A DNA stretch of 64,000 nucleotides from Marsupella aquatica (lineage: Eukaryota > Plantae > Marchantiophyta), in contig OZ316893.1 of assembly GCA_973895155.1 (NCBI GenBank), positions 17,366,770-17,430,769 of the forward strand, given 5' to 3'. Made by a program: the position numbers and the translations under genes. The notes below the pieces were generated by a model that was not told the origin of the DNA, did not search any database, and was given only the letters and a program-made list of their open reading frames with translations. Positions 12,765 through 25,528 of this stretch are shown piece after piece (within the stretch, counting starts at the first letter, position 1; each line of letters begins with the position of its first letter).

Positions 12765-14070
12765 AAGTCCTTCAGCAAGGGTTGGAATCCTCATTGGAAG
12801 ACTACCAGCAAAGCTTAAGGACTAAAGTCCATCAGGGAGGAGTACTACAATCATTTGGTCAAAGCGCTTCACTTGTTGACAAAGGACTAGTCTATAGACG
12901 TAACACAACCCAGGACTATAGTCCTTTACAAAGGATTAAAGTCCTTATCGAAGGACTACATAGTCCTCGGATGAGGACTAAAGACAGTCCTCGACAAAGG
13001 AGTAAAGTACTTCAATAAGGACTACAATCCTTGAATAAAGACTATAGTCCTTAGTTTACAAAGGAGTCAAGTCCTTAAGTAAGTACTATATAGTCCTTTA
13101 CAAAGGAGTAAACACTTGAGTAAGGACTATAGTCCTTTACAAAGGACTACACTTCTTGAAAGAATAAGGACTATAGTCCTTTACGAAAGCCCGTACCAAG
13201 GAGTAAAGTCCAAGGACTATTAGTAGTCCTGTTAAAAGGAGTAAAGTCCTTGAGAAAGGACTATAGTCCTTTACAAAGGAGTAAAGTCCTTGGGGAAGGA
13301 CTACAGTCCTTTACAAAGTAGTAAAGTCCTTTAGTATAAGGACTATTAATAGTCCTTCACAAAGGAGTAAAGTCCTTGAGAAAGGACTATAGTCCTTTAC
13401 AAAGTAGTAAAGTCCTTGGGGAAGGACTATAGTCCTTTACAAAGTAGTAAAGTCCTTTAGTAAGGACTATTAATAGTCCTTCACAAAGGAGTAAAGTCCT
13501 TGAGAAAGGACTATAGTTCTTTACAAAGTAGTAAAGTCCTTCAGAAAGTCCTTTACAAAGTAGTAAAGTCCTTGAGTAAGGACTATTAATAGTCCTTCAC
13601 AAAGGAGTGAAGTCCTTTACAAAGTAGTAAAGTCCTTCAGAAAGTCCTTTACAAAGCAGTAAAGTCCTTGAGTAAGGACTATTAATAGTCCTTCACAAAG
13701 GAGTGAAGTCCTTTACAAAGTAGTAAAGTCCTTTACAAAGTAGTAAAGTCCTTTGATAAGGACTATATAGTCCTGGGCAAAGGAGTACAGTCCTTTGTCT
13801 AAGGGCTATAGTCCTTGACGCTTAGTGAAGCCCTTGGCTAAGGAGTATAGTTTTTATCCAAGGAGTAAAGTCCTTTGACTAAGGACTTCACTGCTATCCA
13901 TACTACTGAGTCAAGGACTATATAGTCCTTAGTGATTAACTAGATAGTACTTTGCCAAGGACTCAACTCGTTTCTCATGCCAGACTTCACTTGACAAGGA
14001 TTCAACAGTGCTTCTTGAAGGCCTAGATAGTCAGTCCTGAAGGAATTTTCCTGGAACAAAGTCCTTCCTG
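12765..14070. repeat. Intronic palindromic minisatellite, ~20-bp basic unit (AAGGACTATAGTCCTTTACA / AAGGAGTAAAGTCCTTGAGA)
   Basis: Dozens of copies, including the perfect 16-bp palindrome AAGGACTATAGTCCTT; lies inside the ~1.9-kb intron 12312-14254. Confidence 0.95.
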
Positions 14071-15749
14071 CTAGGCTATATAGGACGTCAGGTCTCACAA
14101 AATCATTCAGATCCTACCTTAAAGAAAAAACTAGGCGGTTATAGCAGAGCACAATGGCTAAAGCACACATGAAGGAAAACTACTTCTCAACATCTGCAGA
14201 TCGTATTATGAGTTAAAATCAAAAGTGGCAAATCAATCATGGAGAATTTCTCACCTGTGTATCCTCCAGCCAGTGCACTTGATGTGTTTCATACATTTTC
14301 TGCCCTAGTCGCAATCTGGCTTCATTGTTCTTACATGGAGAAATCCGAGTGTGGGTTTCCCAAAAGTGTTCCACCTGTTTTCGAACTTCATCAGAAATCT
14401 TATCTCAACATACCTTTCTTTCCCCCATAGGATAAGCTTTTTCACGATCTTCATCAATCTGCATCCTGATCTTAGATGCCCTATGAAGATTTTGTCGTTG
14501 TATACCCAAAGCTTGAGCTAGAGAGGTCTGTTGCCTTCTATCTACACATGTCTTTCCTACAAGTGCTGACAAAACTTGGTACTTTGCAGCAAGATGGTCT
14601 TTGCGCTTCCCTTGCTTCACTATGCTCAAGGTTTTCCTCACATCACATAATGCAGCAGCTACAGCCCAATCCATTTTAGGCGAACCTAGTCTTGTAGGCT
14701 GGTACTTCTTCAAGTATTTGTGCAACTAGATACCAGATAGTACTGCCCTCCTTGCACCTACATTGAATGTAGCGGTCTTCTCCAAAATGTACCTAACTAT
14801 ATCTGATAACACAATTGTAATGCACCTTCTCTTTCGGTTGGGAGTTACACCGTCTTCTGGAACATAGCGCTTGCTCCTTTGGTACTCAAATCTCTTCCTG
14901 TCTGCATCCTTCCTCCTCTTCTCAAGAATGGAATCTTCCTGCAATTGGTCATCACAACCACAATTATCGTGCTCACCTTCATTTAGTGGATGAAGGTGGG
15001 CTGCATGCACTTGAGTGCAAGCAGTTTGGGTGCTCTGCCTTGGCATTCGAATGTGGGCGTTGACCTGTGTTGGAATGCTTGCCCTTAGGGTCCTCCGCCT
15101 AGACTCTAAAATCTCAAAATGGCATGAATGCGCAGCCTCCTTGAGATTTTCACTTTCTTCCCGGGCTGTACGCAACATCACAGTGGCAGCTTCATGAGCC
15201 TCACTAGTAATTCTCATTGCCTCTGATTGCCCAGCAGCCAATAACTCTCTTTGCCTTCGGTTGCCATCAATCACTAAATCTTGACATTGCTGCTTAGCAC
15301 TCTCCATCATGAGATTGCACTGTTGTTGTGTTTCATGAATCATTTCATCAGTGGGAACTGCCTGTTGACCACCTATGTGCTGACCGTTTGCTATTTGCTC
15401 TTGTCTTTTCAACTTGGATTTGCGATTTGCCAACCTTCGCTTCTCCAACCTCTCTCTTGCTAGGGCATCGGATACCTGATTAAGAGTAGCCATTTCAGCC
15501 TAATCATGGAGCATCAAATACGTCGGGGTGTTCAACTTCCTTTACCAATCAAAGGCCGCCCACCCTCATAGAATCAAATTCACCTACGTCCTAGGGATCC
15601 AATTTCAATTCATGACTTAGAACATACCTCACAAAATCATCACATTTAATCTCTAGACTTGCTACCCTTCCTGATCGAGTCCAATGCAACTTCTCCTCTT
15701 GAAAAAGAAAAGCCCTGAGAAAAGCCTTTCAAACTGGGAACTCCCTAAA

Positions 15750-16770
15750 TTGTGTCGATCATCAAATACTCTGTCTAGCTAGTGTCCTTGCTTCTCCAGT
15801 CCAAAGAAACTTCTCCTCTTCAAAACAAAAGCAAATCAATTTAATTTAATGTACCTCAATTCTGTTCACGATAGCTGCCAATACTGATTTGATTGACTGC
15901 TTGACCTTCCTCTCCATGCTCTTTCTTGAAGTTCCTATTCGGATTCAAATTAATGTACGTCGGCAGCAAAGCTTCAGACCCTAATAAATGTGCAACTTCA
16001 TCGAACCTCCTTTTTGCACTCATTCCCCATGCTCTGAAGGCAACACGGATTTATCAAAGCATGGATCTCACATCACACCACGGATCTTGCTCTTTCAATC
16101 AATTTAACCCAATCATAGAACTTTCCAGAGTTGCTACCTATTTTGCGTTCCACAAGGCTAGGTATTTTAAAGGCCACTGTTGGTCATTCCAGAATTTAAC
16201 GCAACTTGAACTCTTGTTAACAAACAAAGCCTTTCAAAATTTAAGCTACTCTGATTTTGTCAATCATCACATACTCTGTCCAACGTCCTTGCTTCTTCAG
16301 TGCAAAGAAAAATCTCCTCTTTGAAAACAAAAGCATTGAGGCATATATTTACCTCAATTGTGCCGATGATGGCTGCTAGTGAGTGATTTGAGTCAATGTT
16401 CAACCCTTTGATCCTCTTCAGACCTCCTTCGCACTCTTTCCCGAAGTTCCCGTCATCATCAGCAATGCTTCAGACCCTAATAAAACTTGCAGCTTCATTG
16501 CCCTCCTTTTTGCGCTCATTCCCCTTGCTCATGCTCGGATTTGAATGTCATCCGCGAAGCTTCAGACGCAAATTAAATCTGCAGCTTGATTGGCTGTTTG
16601 GCAGAGCGCGCTTGAACAGGTAAACCTTACCCTCCTTTTTGCATGAGCTCATTCCCCATGCTTTGAAGGCAACACAAATTAGAACATCTTGAATCTCACA
16701 TCATTGCACGACTGCTCTTGAATGAATTCTCACAGAGGCATCCATCTTGTGCTTCACGAGGCTAAGTATG
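15750..16770. repeat. Diverged ~500-bp tandem duplication upstream of the transposase
   Basis: ATACTCTGTC..GTCCTTGCTTC..CTCCTCTT..AAAACAAAAGC..TACCTCAATT..CTTCAGACCCTAATAAA..CTCATTCCCC occurs at ~15760-16030 and again at ~16270-16525. Confidence 0.75.
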
Positions 16771-17118
16771 GACCCTTGCGCTCAGCTTTGATACTTTCTA
16801 AACAAATTGTAGCTCGCGCCTAAGTGAGAAGGACTCTCACTCCTAGATTTTGAAAATTCCTGCGGAACTAGTAGCGCCAACGACATTCTCCCACATAACT
16901 AGTTGTCCAACTGTAAATTACATGTCGGGACAAAAAATGAGTTTCCACAAAGGACTTTGACTCCTTGTTTTTGAAAAGTCCTCCACGCAGAACTAATAGC
17001 GCCAACACTCTCCTAGAGAACCGGTTGTCCTTCACTCATAAATTATAGTTGCGACAAGAAAGGGGTTACCTCGGGAGCTGAAATACTAATGAATGCGTCT
17101 TATACGCATTTGATTTGT

Positions 17119-17560
17119 TTAAGTCCTTTTTGACTTTAGATGTGCTAATCTTGGCCGTTGACAGTCCTTTGGATTAGTGAAAGGACTGGGGACTTTTTGC
17201 CTCCTTTGGTAGTCCTCAATCTTGCAATGCACCTTCTGTAACATAGCCTTGGAGACGAGAGAATCTGGAATTGCACCAGGTTTCAATCCGTGGTCAGGAA
17301 GACAACATACTTTGGTCCAATAATCTTTAGGTTTCCTGAAGTCTTCCTCCCGCCAAGGAATCCAGTCGTCATTGGAAGGATCAGCAATGGCCTTTCCTTT
17401 CTGGAGTGGTACAAGCTTTGCAGATTTCTCGCTCTCTGTCTTCATAGAGCTAGTGCTGCTTTGCGATCACTTCTATGACCGGTCTGCCTTGCCGCCATTG
17501 TTGCTCACCTTAACTTGAGCCTCCCCTGCCTCTACTGCCTCTACTACCTCTAGTTCCTGC
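17119..17560 (-). pseudogene. Third, truncated paralog of the RING-gene N-terminal domain
   Basis: PWREEDFRKPKDYWTKVCCLPDHGLKPGAIPDSLVSKAML aligns with PWDPKDYVKDTEYFHVTFGLPNEGVNPHKIKDISKEQL of ORF 5250-5957; in-frame stops upstream of 17445. Confidence 0.65.
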
Positions 17561-17639
17561 CCTTTGATTGCCATTGCTCCCACCTCCCCACCTCCAATGC
17601 CACCAACCTCAACGTTTGAGCAAGCAATGAAAAAATGAG

Positions 17640-17955
17640 CCGAAAGCAAGCCTCAAACTTCCGCTGCCTTGAACGTCCGTAGCTCTTGAACGTCTGCAGC
17701 CCCGCAGCCTCAAACATCCATAGCCCCGCAACCTTGAACTTCCATAGCCTCGCAGCCTTGAACGTCCGCAGCTCTTGAACGTCTGCAGCCCCGCAGCCTC
17801 AAATGTCCACAGCCCCGCAACCTCGAACTTCCATAGCCTCGCAGCCTCAAATTTCTGCAGCCCCGCAACCTCAAACTTCCGCCGCTTGCAGCCTCAAACT
17901 TCTGTAGCGCCGCGGCCTCAAACTTCCGCAACCTCTTCGTAGCCTCAAACTTCAT
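17640..17955. repeat. GCAGCCTCAAACTTCC-type minisatellite (~21-24-bp units)
   Basis: Repeated CCGCAGCCTCAAAC(T/A)TCC / CCTTGAACGTCCGCAG units; explains the repetitive ORF 17710-17955. Confidence 0.9.
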
Positions 17956-18248
17956 AGAGGCTTCGACTAAATTGTCTCATGTCAAGCATTTCCTTCACAA
18001 ATTCAGGCCTCGAGCATTTCCTTCACATTGCACTCTGTTCAAAAGTCGTGCATTCGGTTCTCCCACATTTTTGCAATAGCCCTTACCTCCTACCTCATAC
18101 ATCACCGTTAGATCATCTCATCTCATCTAACGGTTGCAACGTGATTTCGTATTCAAAGTACAAGTTTCAAGAGGCCCCACATTGGAACCAATGGATCAAA
18201 AAAATCAATGGTTGTTTGTATTTTTTTGAATATCATTTTAATTACTTA

Positions 18249-19415
18249 TGAGGGTTGGTAAACAGAGTTTATTAGTTGGAGACAAAGGGCACTCATAAAC
18301 ATTTACTTATTGATACTTCTAGTCTACTACTTAAGGTACCAAAAGCTGCACCCTTTGGACCTCCTCTAGCTTGCAAAGGGCCAGGGCTAAGCTTGAGAAG
18401 GAAGAGGTGGTCCATGCTTAGTGTGGAGAATGTGTAGTGAACTTTTGTTGTAAAGGTGATACAATAAAAGGAGACTTGTCAATCTTCATTGTGACCATTA
18501 AGTGTGAGTGCATTTGAAGTGTATGAGAGCAAGAGAAGAGTTCATGCTATGGTGTAATCTTGGTCTAAGCTCAAAGGGGATGTGCTATTACAAAACCAAG
18601 GCCAAGGAGACAAGGTTAAGGTAGAGCACTACTTTGAGACTTAGAAAGGATTATAGCTTGAGGGTGGAAAGTACTTTGTTTGGTGTGTGGTGTTAATAAG
18701 AAGTAAGAACAAGAGGAAGAGTCCTTAGATAGAGGAGCCTTCTCTAGAGCTCAAAGGGGATGTGTGGACCCAAAACCAATGCCAGGGGGGGCAAGGTTGA
18801 GGAGTAACACTACTTTGAGGGTCTTGAGGAGACTTAAGCTTGAAGAGGAAAGTACTTTGGGTTCTTGGGTGTTTGGGTGAGAATCTACTCTAAGGTGACA
18901 GCTTGGAGTGGAGATCCCCTTGCTGATCCTTGGAGTAGAGGAGAGGGGAAGGGTGTGAGTGCAAAAGTAGTCAAGGGGACTACCTCTCTAGAAGTAGAGA
19001 GTTGGAACTACTATGCATGGAGTGATTAGACATTTTAAGCACATTTCAGAAGTTTTGTCAATCCTTTGTGACCCTGGTATGACATGGAGCAGGTAGTAGG
19101 TAGTTTTTAGGAGAAAAGTCCCTTAAGCTCCTTGACAAGTGTTTGACATAGAGTCCCACCCTTGTTTTTGGCGCCGCTGCCGGGGACAACTCCTTGCAAT
19201 TTTTGTTGTGGGAGTGGAGCCACAAGACTTGGAGGTGTGTTTGCAGGTTGGTTGTTCAAGAGGAGGGAGATAAGAAGGTGATTGTGAGTGGCATGCCCAC
19301 TACAAGGAGTCAAGCACTGAGAGAAGCCTCTCTTAGTTTTAACTTTGGGGACCAGTTGGAGCAACCAGATTGGGTGGACATTCATTTGCAAGCTGAAGCG
19401 GAACCTCTGTCTCCA
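18249..19415 (+). mobile_element. Truncated Ty3/gypsy Athila-like element: 5' LTR (~18249-19164), tRNA-Asp PBS, start of gag
   Basis: PBS TGGCGCCGCTGCCGGGGA at 19169-19186; LTR begins TGAGGGT and ends ACCCTTG (degenerate inverse); ~180-bp internal duplication in the LTR (18565/18745); gag-like start MPTTRSQ near 19293; breaks off at ~19415. Confidence 0.75.
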
Positions 19416-19553
19416 ATATACCTACAACAAAAGAAATTAGTATAAGTATTTTGAAATGAATATAAAGGTTGTAAGTGTTGGACTTTTTAACATCTTGGGA
19501 ATATCTACACAGACAATGAGCAGTCAAATTCAACTGGAGGGGAATAATTGTAG

Positions 19554-20467
19554 TTAAATCTCACCTAGATCATTTGGACCAATAACAAGAAGAATAGCCA
19601 GCAAAGCATGACCTTCTGGCAAACTTCTAAGACTGCAATTAATATTGTCAATTGTCATGACTAAAGGCCAACCCTGAGTTCTCTTGTTGTGAGACAAGGC
19701 AGTCTGATCAGAATATAAAATGATGGGTGAAATCACTCCTCCTTTGCAAGTAAATTCAACGTCTTGCTCCATTTCCCTCCACCACTCAGCGGATTGCAAA
19801 GTAGTGTACAATCTCTCACTGCCCTCTATAGCAACTGAAGAGTGAAGTGCAAACTCTTCTTTATTTTTAGGAGAAGAAAATAGATCTTCCAAAACATGTA
19901 ATGGATCATGATGCAACAAATGAACTGGAGCACTTTCAGTCTCCTCGCGGACTTCAACCTTTTCCCAATTTTGGTCACCCGGGCACTTGTTAAACTTTCC
20001 TCATATTTACAAACCTCAGCAGCAGTATGAACCTGAACTTTTTTGGTATCGAATTGAGGGTGGTGCAGCAGCCAAAATAATCTGTTCATATCTTTGTGAG
20101 ATAATCCTCCTCCGTTGTGGCATTGTCTCATAAAGGAGACAAGTTGAAAAGTAACATCAAATTTTTCATTACATTGGGCAGGAGATGTGAATTCATTCTC
20201 AAACAGGTCCATGAATTCCTCAGAGGACTGCTCTCCAACTGTCTCAACATTGGCCTGTATAGATCCCGGTATAGATGTATTCCCAATGTTTACACTCGTA
20301 CCCAACCCCTCGTGCTCTGCCTCCATCACATGATCAGTCTGTCCAGCCCTTTGCACATCTCTCTGTTTTGCTAAGCAGAGTCCATTTTGTCCTTGGTGGG
20401 TCCGCAAAGCTGTATAATCCAGAAATCCCAAAGCTCCACAAAAATTACACTTAAAGTTTGAAGCCAT
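19554..20467 (-). mobile_element. Plavaka-type (CACTA-related) transposase, N-terminal part, frameshifted and truncated
   Basis: N-terminal Zn finger CNFC..H..C; core ERLYTTLQSAEWW..GGVISPIILYSDQT..GWPLVMTIDNI..R..HALLAIL matches the Plavaka pattern; frameshift ~19980; splice donor at ~19563. Confidence 0.8.
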
Positions 20468-21799
20468 AAAAAATCATATTGTCCCTACACAGTACAAATT
20501 CAATACAATGTATTGATACCACTACTCTGCACATTGTTACTTATTGTTGATTACATTCATTTGAAGCTCATAAAATATTCATGGCTCTCTTTCACCAGGA
20601 CTTCACGCTGAATCGATAGCCTTGACATATACCTGGCCTGAATATAGGTTCAAGCTTGGTTCTAGCATAGTCCACATGTCACTCCAAGTCACCCCTGAAT
20701 GTCTCAACTGTGACAAAATTAGCCAGAATTAGCCATTACATAACGCTCACAATTTGACGTTGAGGCTCTGTGGTGCAAATTCAAAGGAGAGAAGCTAACT
20801 GGCAAGGGATGACGCTTAGGGACTGACGGAGGCCATGATCAGACATATTATGAGTGAAGAGTATGGTTAAGTGCAGGAACAGGTCATAGATACTTACTGT
20901 AGGAGTATGAGGAGAAAGGAGGAGTGAACACTTGAGATACAATTGCTCAGAGGAGGAGGAAAGGAAGGACAAGAAATGGCAATGCTGAAGTGCCGGTTGA
21001 GGGATTTGATTGTTCTTGGACTATGGACTCCTTTAATAATCCTCCCCTACTTCCTTGTAATGCATACTATGATGCTTAGCCAGGAATCACTAGGCCGTTT
21101 AAATGGTAAAACCAGGAGGGTATCTTGAAAACACATTAGTATAGTAACAAAAACAAGGAAAATATAAACAATTAAGGGTGACTATGGAACCCGAGCCGAG
21201 GCCGGAAGTAAGGACGCCATGGCAGGGAACACGATTAGGGTTAGGGCAAGCTAAGTGCCGGCGGCTATGGGTAACCAATGGGCAGATCGACCGAGTGGGG
21301 GGGGGGTAAGGCAAGCCAAACCAGGAAGGACGGCTCACATTTGCACCTCGAGCAAGCAAAGTGCAAGCAGAAGCCAACAACTGTCAGCTACAGAGGAGAA
21401 CACGGGAGGGACATAAGCAGCTATCGAGCACGGCCAAAGAAGGGAATGAGCAACATCAATCAAGCAGCACATTTTTGGGGATGCCTATTCAAACGGGCAA
21501 GTGGGTACATTGTGACTTACGAAGAAGAAGAATCAAAAAGAGCAGCCCGCGAGCGACAAGAACTTGCTCAACTATGGGAACTGTAGAAGACGGCCTTTTT
21601 AGGAGGAGAACTCATCAAGGCTGAATTCCTGTGGACACCTATTGGCGACGAGCTTGACAACCTTCTAATTCAAGACAACCGAATCGTCGGCATCCGACAA
21701 GCCATCCACAACTGCTACGATGAACATTGGGGCCTGAAGGGTTGCACAACGGCGTGGACAAAAGCAACAGTATTGGGAGAATCTTCAGGTGCCGCTGAA

Positions 21800-24669
21800 A
21801 TGAAGAGGAAGATGACCAATAATGAAGAAAACACACCGGCCAAGAGGACGAGGTCGGCAGTATCAAGGAAGCCAGCCAAACAGGGGAAGCAGAGGGAGGA
21901 GGAACCCGAGGAACAAGAAGTCAACCCAGTCAATGTCGTCCCTACCCGAGACGACACCTAGAAGGGATGGGCGGCAATGATACCACTGGCGGTACAACTA
22001 CATTTTGCATGAGAGGAGGATGCATGCTTTACGGCCATGCAGACCAAGAAGTACGAGGGCTTCATGGCCGGATAAGGCTTGGAGAGCTTTGTAAGACTGC
22101 CGTGGCTGGAGAAGGAGGTGCCAGAATCGGACTTACTGGAATTCATGGGATCATGGGACCACAAGACCAGCTCCACAAAGATCTACAAGAGGGACTTCTA
22201 TCTCACCTCCAACGTGATTGCCGAAGTGTTTGGCTTGCCCAAGGGCAACAAAGCTAAGGTAGAAACTCGGAAGAACTTGCCGGCAAAGGAGTTTAGATCG
22301 TTCCCCGGACCGTCAACAAAGAACGGCTTCCTCAGGAGCACCTGCACCAACCCGCATATAGGAGAAATGATTGATTTCTTCTGGGTAACGATGCATTGCA
22401 ATTGGCCGAAGCCAGAGATTGGCAAAGCACAGGTTTACCTGGCATAGAGGCCAGACCCAAGCCGGGATTACAATGGGTACCTCCTCAACCAACTCAGAAA
22501 GATATTAAAGGAGGAATAGCTTGTGATTAGCCAAGGAAAAGTATCCCGGCTTGGTTATCACATGCCGTTGTTATGCCGGTATGCCCGAAGTCAAATCTTT
22601 GAATCGATTCTTCCCCTACAGGCTAGAGCGCTAGAAGAGGAATCAGACCTGAGAGCGGCAGCAAAGTAGCCCAACCCGCCAGGTAGTCCCACGATAACTC
22701 AGGTCTTCTGACAGGTGCCAGAAGCTGGGCCAATGCAACAACCGGCCATGCAAAGCCTCCTGCATATACTGACCAAGGAGAAGGCGACTCTAGCACCAAA
22801 GGCAGCAACAACGGGCACCAGAAAAATGACAAGGGAAAACCCCTTTACCGGAGCCAAAGAAAGAAGGAGGCCGGAACACGAGTCGGGGGTGCGGATGTAT
22901 GTAGGAGCCTCTAGTGACTCAGAGGAACTAGGACCCAGGGTTCCCAATCCTGAAAAGGAGGGCGGAAGTCAGGTACATAAGCCGGAAGAGCAAGCCGCAT
23001 GCCTGTATAATCCTCGGCAGGAGACCCGGGTTTACGGCTAGTCCTAGAGAGGACCAACAAGCACCAGGACGCCCGAAGGACGGGGAATACGAGGAGGAAT
23101 ACCACGAGGACTTGGGTTATGGGTCGGATCGCTTGGTACCAGGAGTGTGGACCTGCGGCCATTTTATTCCCAGACTACCAAGGGTGCTGCGGGGGGATCC
23201 ACAACAGCAGGGGAGCTCGGACGTACCTCCACCAATGTTTGACGGAAGACAACAGGCCAATCAAGAGTCGCAGCAGCGATTCATGGACCTGGAGGAAGCA
23301 ACCCTGGTCAAGGAGAAGGACTTGCCAGGTGGTGGATGGCCGGAGCACATTCAGCAACTGGCAAGGGTTCAAGCCGTGCCCTTGCCCACGATTAAGGAGA
23401 TAAGAAGGGCGGCTTGGACAGTAAGGCAATGTTGGGAGATGCCGACATCTCCTAACCACTCCACCTATGCACGTTCCAGAGCCCTGGAGTATGGGAGGAT
23501 GTGCGGGCTACTTGCCCTCGATATCTTTGGGGCAGAATTGGAGACAGGGCCTTTTGTCCATAAGGAGATGTTGGAGAAAAGCCAGTTGACGGACGCACTA
23601 GCCTTGGAGAGGATGAAGAAGGAGGAAGTCATCCGACGGCTAAGAGAGAAGGAAGCCGAGGCCGGAGAGTTAAGGGTGGCCAAGCAGGCCCAGGACAAGC
23701 TACGAGTTAGGAAGCATGAAATAAGTATCATGCACGGGCAACTAGCCCAGACTCAGGAAGACTTGGCCGAAGCCCTCAAGGAGAAGGAGAAGTGGAAGCA
23801 GGAACTGAAGAAGGCAGAAGGCAGAAGCAACTCAGATAACGGCTTGCAACAAAGCCATGACCGAGGCCCATAGGAAGGAGCGGGCACTGAAGGATGAGAT
23901 CGAAGAATGCCGCAAGGCCCTTCATCAAAAACAAGCCAAACTTGATGAGACCTACAAGGGCATCGCCAAGTTGAAGGGAGACCTGGAGGACCTATCGGCC
24001 AACTTTCAAGCCGAACTGCGAAAGAAGGATGACATGCTCGATCAAACCTACGACAAAATGAATAAAATCAAGTTTGATGTTGTCCATGAGCTCAACGCAG
24101 AACTAAAGGCAACCCTTGGGGGGGTCACTTCCATGGAAGTGGCATATCATGTGCGACAAAGTATAGGGCCATTTAAATGGTTTTGGCGGAAGACTTATTA
24201 AGTCTTCTATGGAAATATAGGGTTGTTTAATTGCAAAATGCATATGTGTCATCACATGATTGGTGTCGTATAACTTTCTAGAAAGTGACTTAGGGGGGTC
24301 ATAAATGACCCAAACCGTCGCACGTGATGTATGTCCCTTCATATAGTGACCCCCCAAGAGGCAACCCAGGAGGAGAGGGCAGCCTTACGAAAGGAGTTGG
24401 ACGACAACCTAGTAGAGTTGGAGCAAGCCCGTGGGGATTTAGACAAAGCCCTGGTGGACCTGGAGGAAGCCAACCAAAAGATAGAGAATCTGCAGAGGCG
24501 GGCAGACCACCAAACTGAGCGGTTGAAGAAGCAGTCCAAGGAGCTAAATTGGCTGGCCGCAACAAGTGGACCCCCGGTAGTGGCAACAGGGTCTGAGGGC
24601 GTGGTACTAATTGAGCGACAAGCCGTGGTACCCTCACCCTTGCCGGAAGAAACCGACAAGGGGAAGGCA
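21800..24669 (+). pseudogene. Retroelement extra-ORF-type gene (plant-mobile/Transposase_32-like domain + coiled coil), 5' part; continues at 48820-49020
   Basis: ESFVRLPW..LEFMGSWD..IAEVFGLPKG..KNGFLRSTC; several in-frame stops and frameshifts; phase-1 intron 24161-24346 joins ..VRQ-M-TPQE..; frame ends at DKGKA at the CACTA TIR. Confidence 0.75.
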
Positions 24670-25528
24670 CACTAGTAGAAACCGGGGGGTATTTAGACCC
24701 CATTAAACGACTATTCAGTACCGTATAGGACTTGGAAACGATTGGGAAGGACTCCAGTCCTTTATAGGACTGCGAGTCGTATGTTTTGTTACTATAATCA
24801 ATTGAGTCCTTTATAGAACTGGTTTGTAAGTCGTTTAATAGACTGGATTTTCAGTCTATTGTAGTCTTTGTGTGGGTAGCTTTGGTGAGTCGTTTTCAGT
24901 CTTTTATAGGCTGCGATGGTGAGTCGTTCAGAATGACTAAAAAGGTTATGGAGGGTAGTCTTTAAATATACTTTGTGGGTTTATAAAACGACTAAAGTAA
25001 ACATTTTGTGGGGTATGTATAAGTCTTTCATGTCAACTGGATATGAGTGATGAAGACCCCACTATACTACTTGGAATGAACTCACTCTTGTGCACAAATA
25101 ACACATTTCATTCATGTTTTATTGTGTACTTGGAATGAACTCACTCTATAAGCTCACCATTCATCATGTTAACATTAGAACACATAGAGTTTTAGAAAGC
25201 CATCTTCTATACCATGTACACTAATATGAATTCACAGATTCAAACATCATAGACTACAAAGAAGGTCACAAAGTATTCCTCTATACCATACACACTAATA
25301 CTGAAATGATACAAAACAGATTCAAGTATCATAGACAATCACCATAGAGCCATAGTTTGACATCAATCACTTGTTTCATACATACAGAATTCAGAAATAT
25401 CAATGTCACACAGGCTCCTTCATCCTCTTTACCAAATGGAAAAATTGGTACAGATATTTCTTGGATCTTTCCAAGGCAATGTCAAAATGTGACACAATTC
25501 ACATGATTCTATCTACACTTGCATTCAG

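Larger units (their letters stand above)
10176..15493 (-). mobile_element. Spliced DDD transposase pseudogene, Sola2-like
   Basis: Reassembled exons 15493-14255 (..VEHFWETHTRISPCK..HWLEDTQ), 12311-11170 (FKPYYV..RNVCCCKQH..SIDFSENY..QSQHW..WSDGAASQFK..WFFHASGHGKGVA) and ~11024-10176 (DALGGHIK..SCFCVAC); in-frame stops at 14726, 14405 and ~12240; frameshift ~11585; acceptor AG>AA at 12312. Superfamily name is from motif recall. Confidence 0.8.

Noticed and set aside
12765-14070. CRISPR-like palindromic repeats
   Set aside because: Contiguous ~20-bp units without spacers; it is a minisatellite in an intron
17710-17955. Repetitive ORF as a protein
   Set aside because: Translation of a minisatellite
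21235-21247. Telomere-like TTAGGGTTAGGG
   Set aside because: Only two units, within an LTR-like sequence
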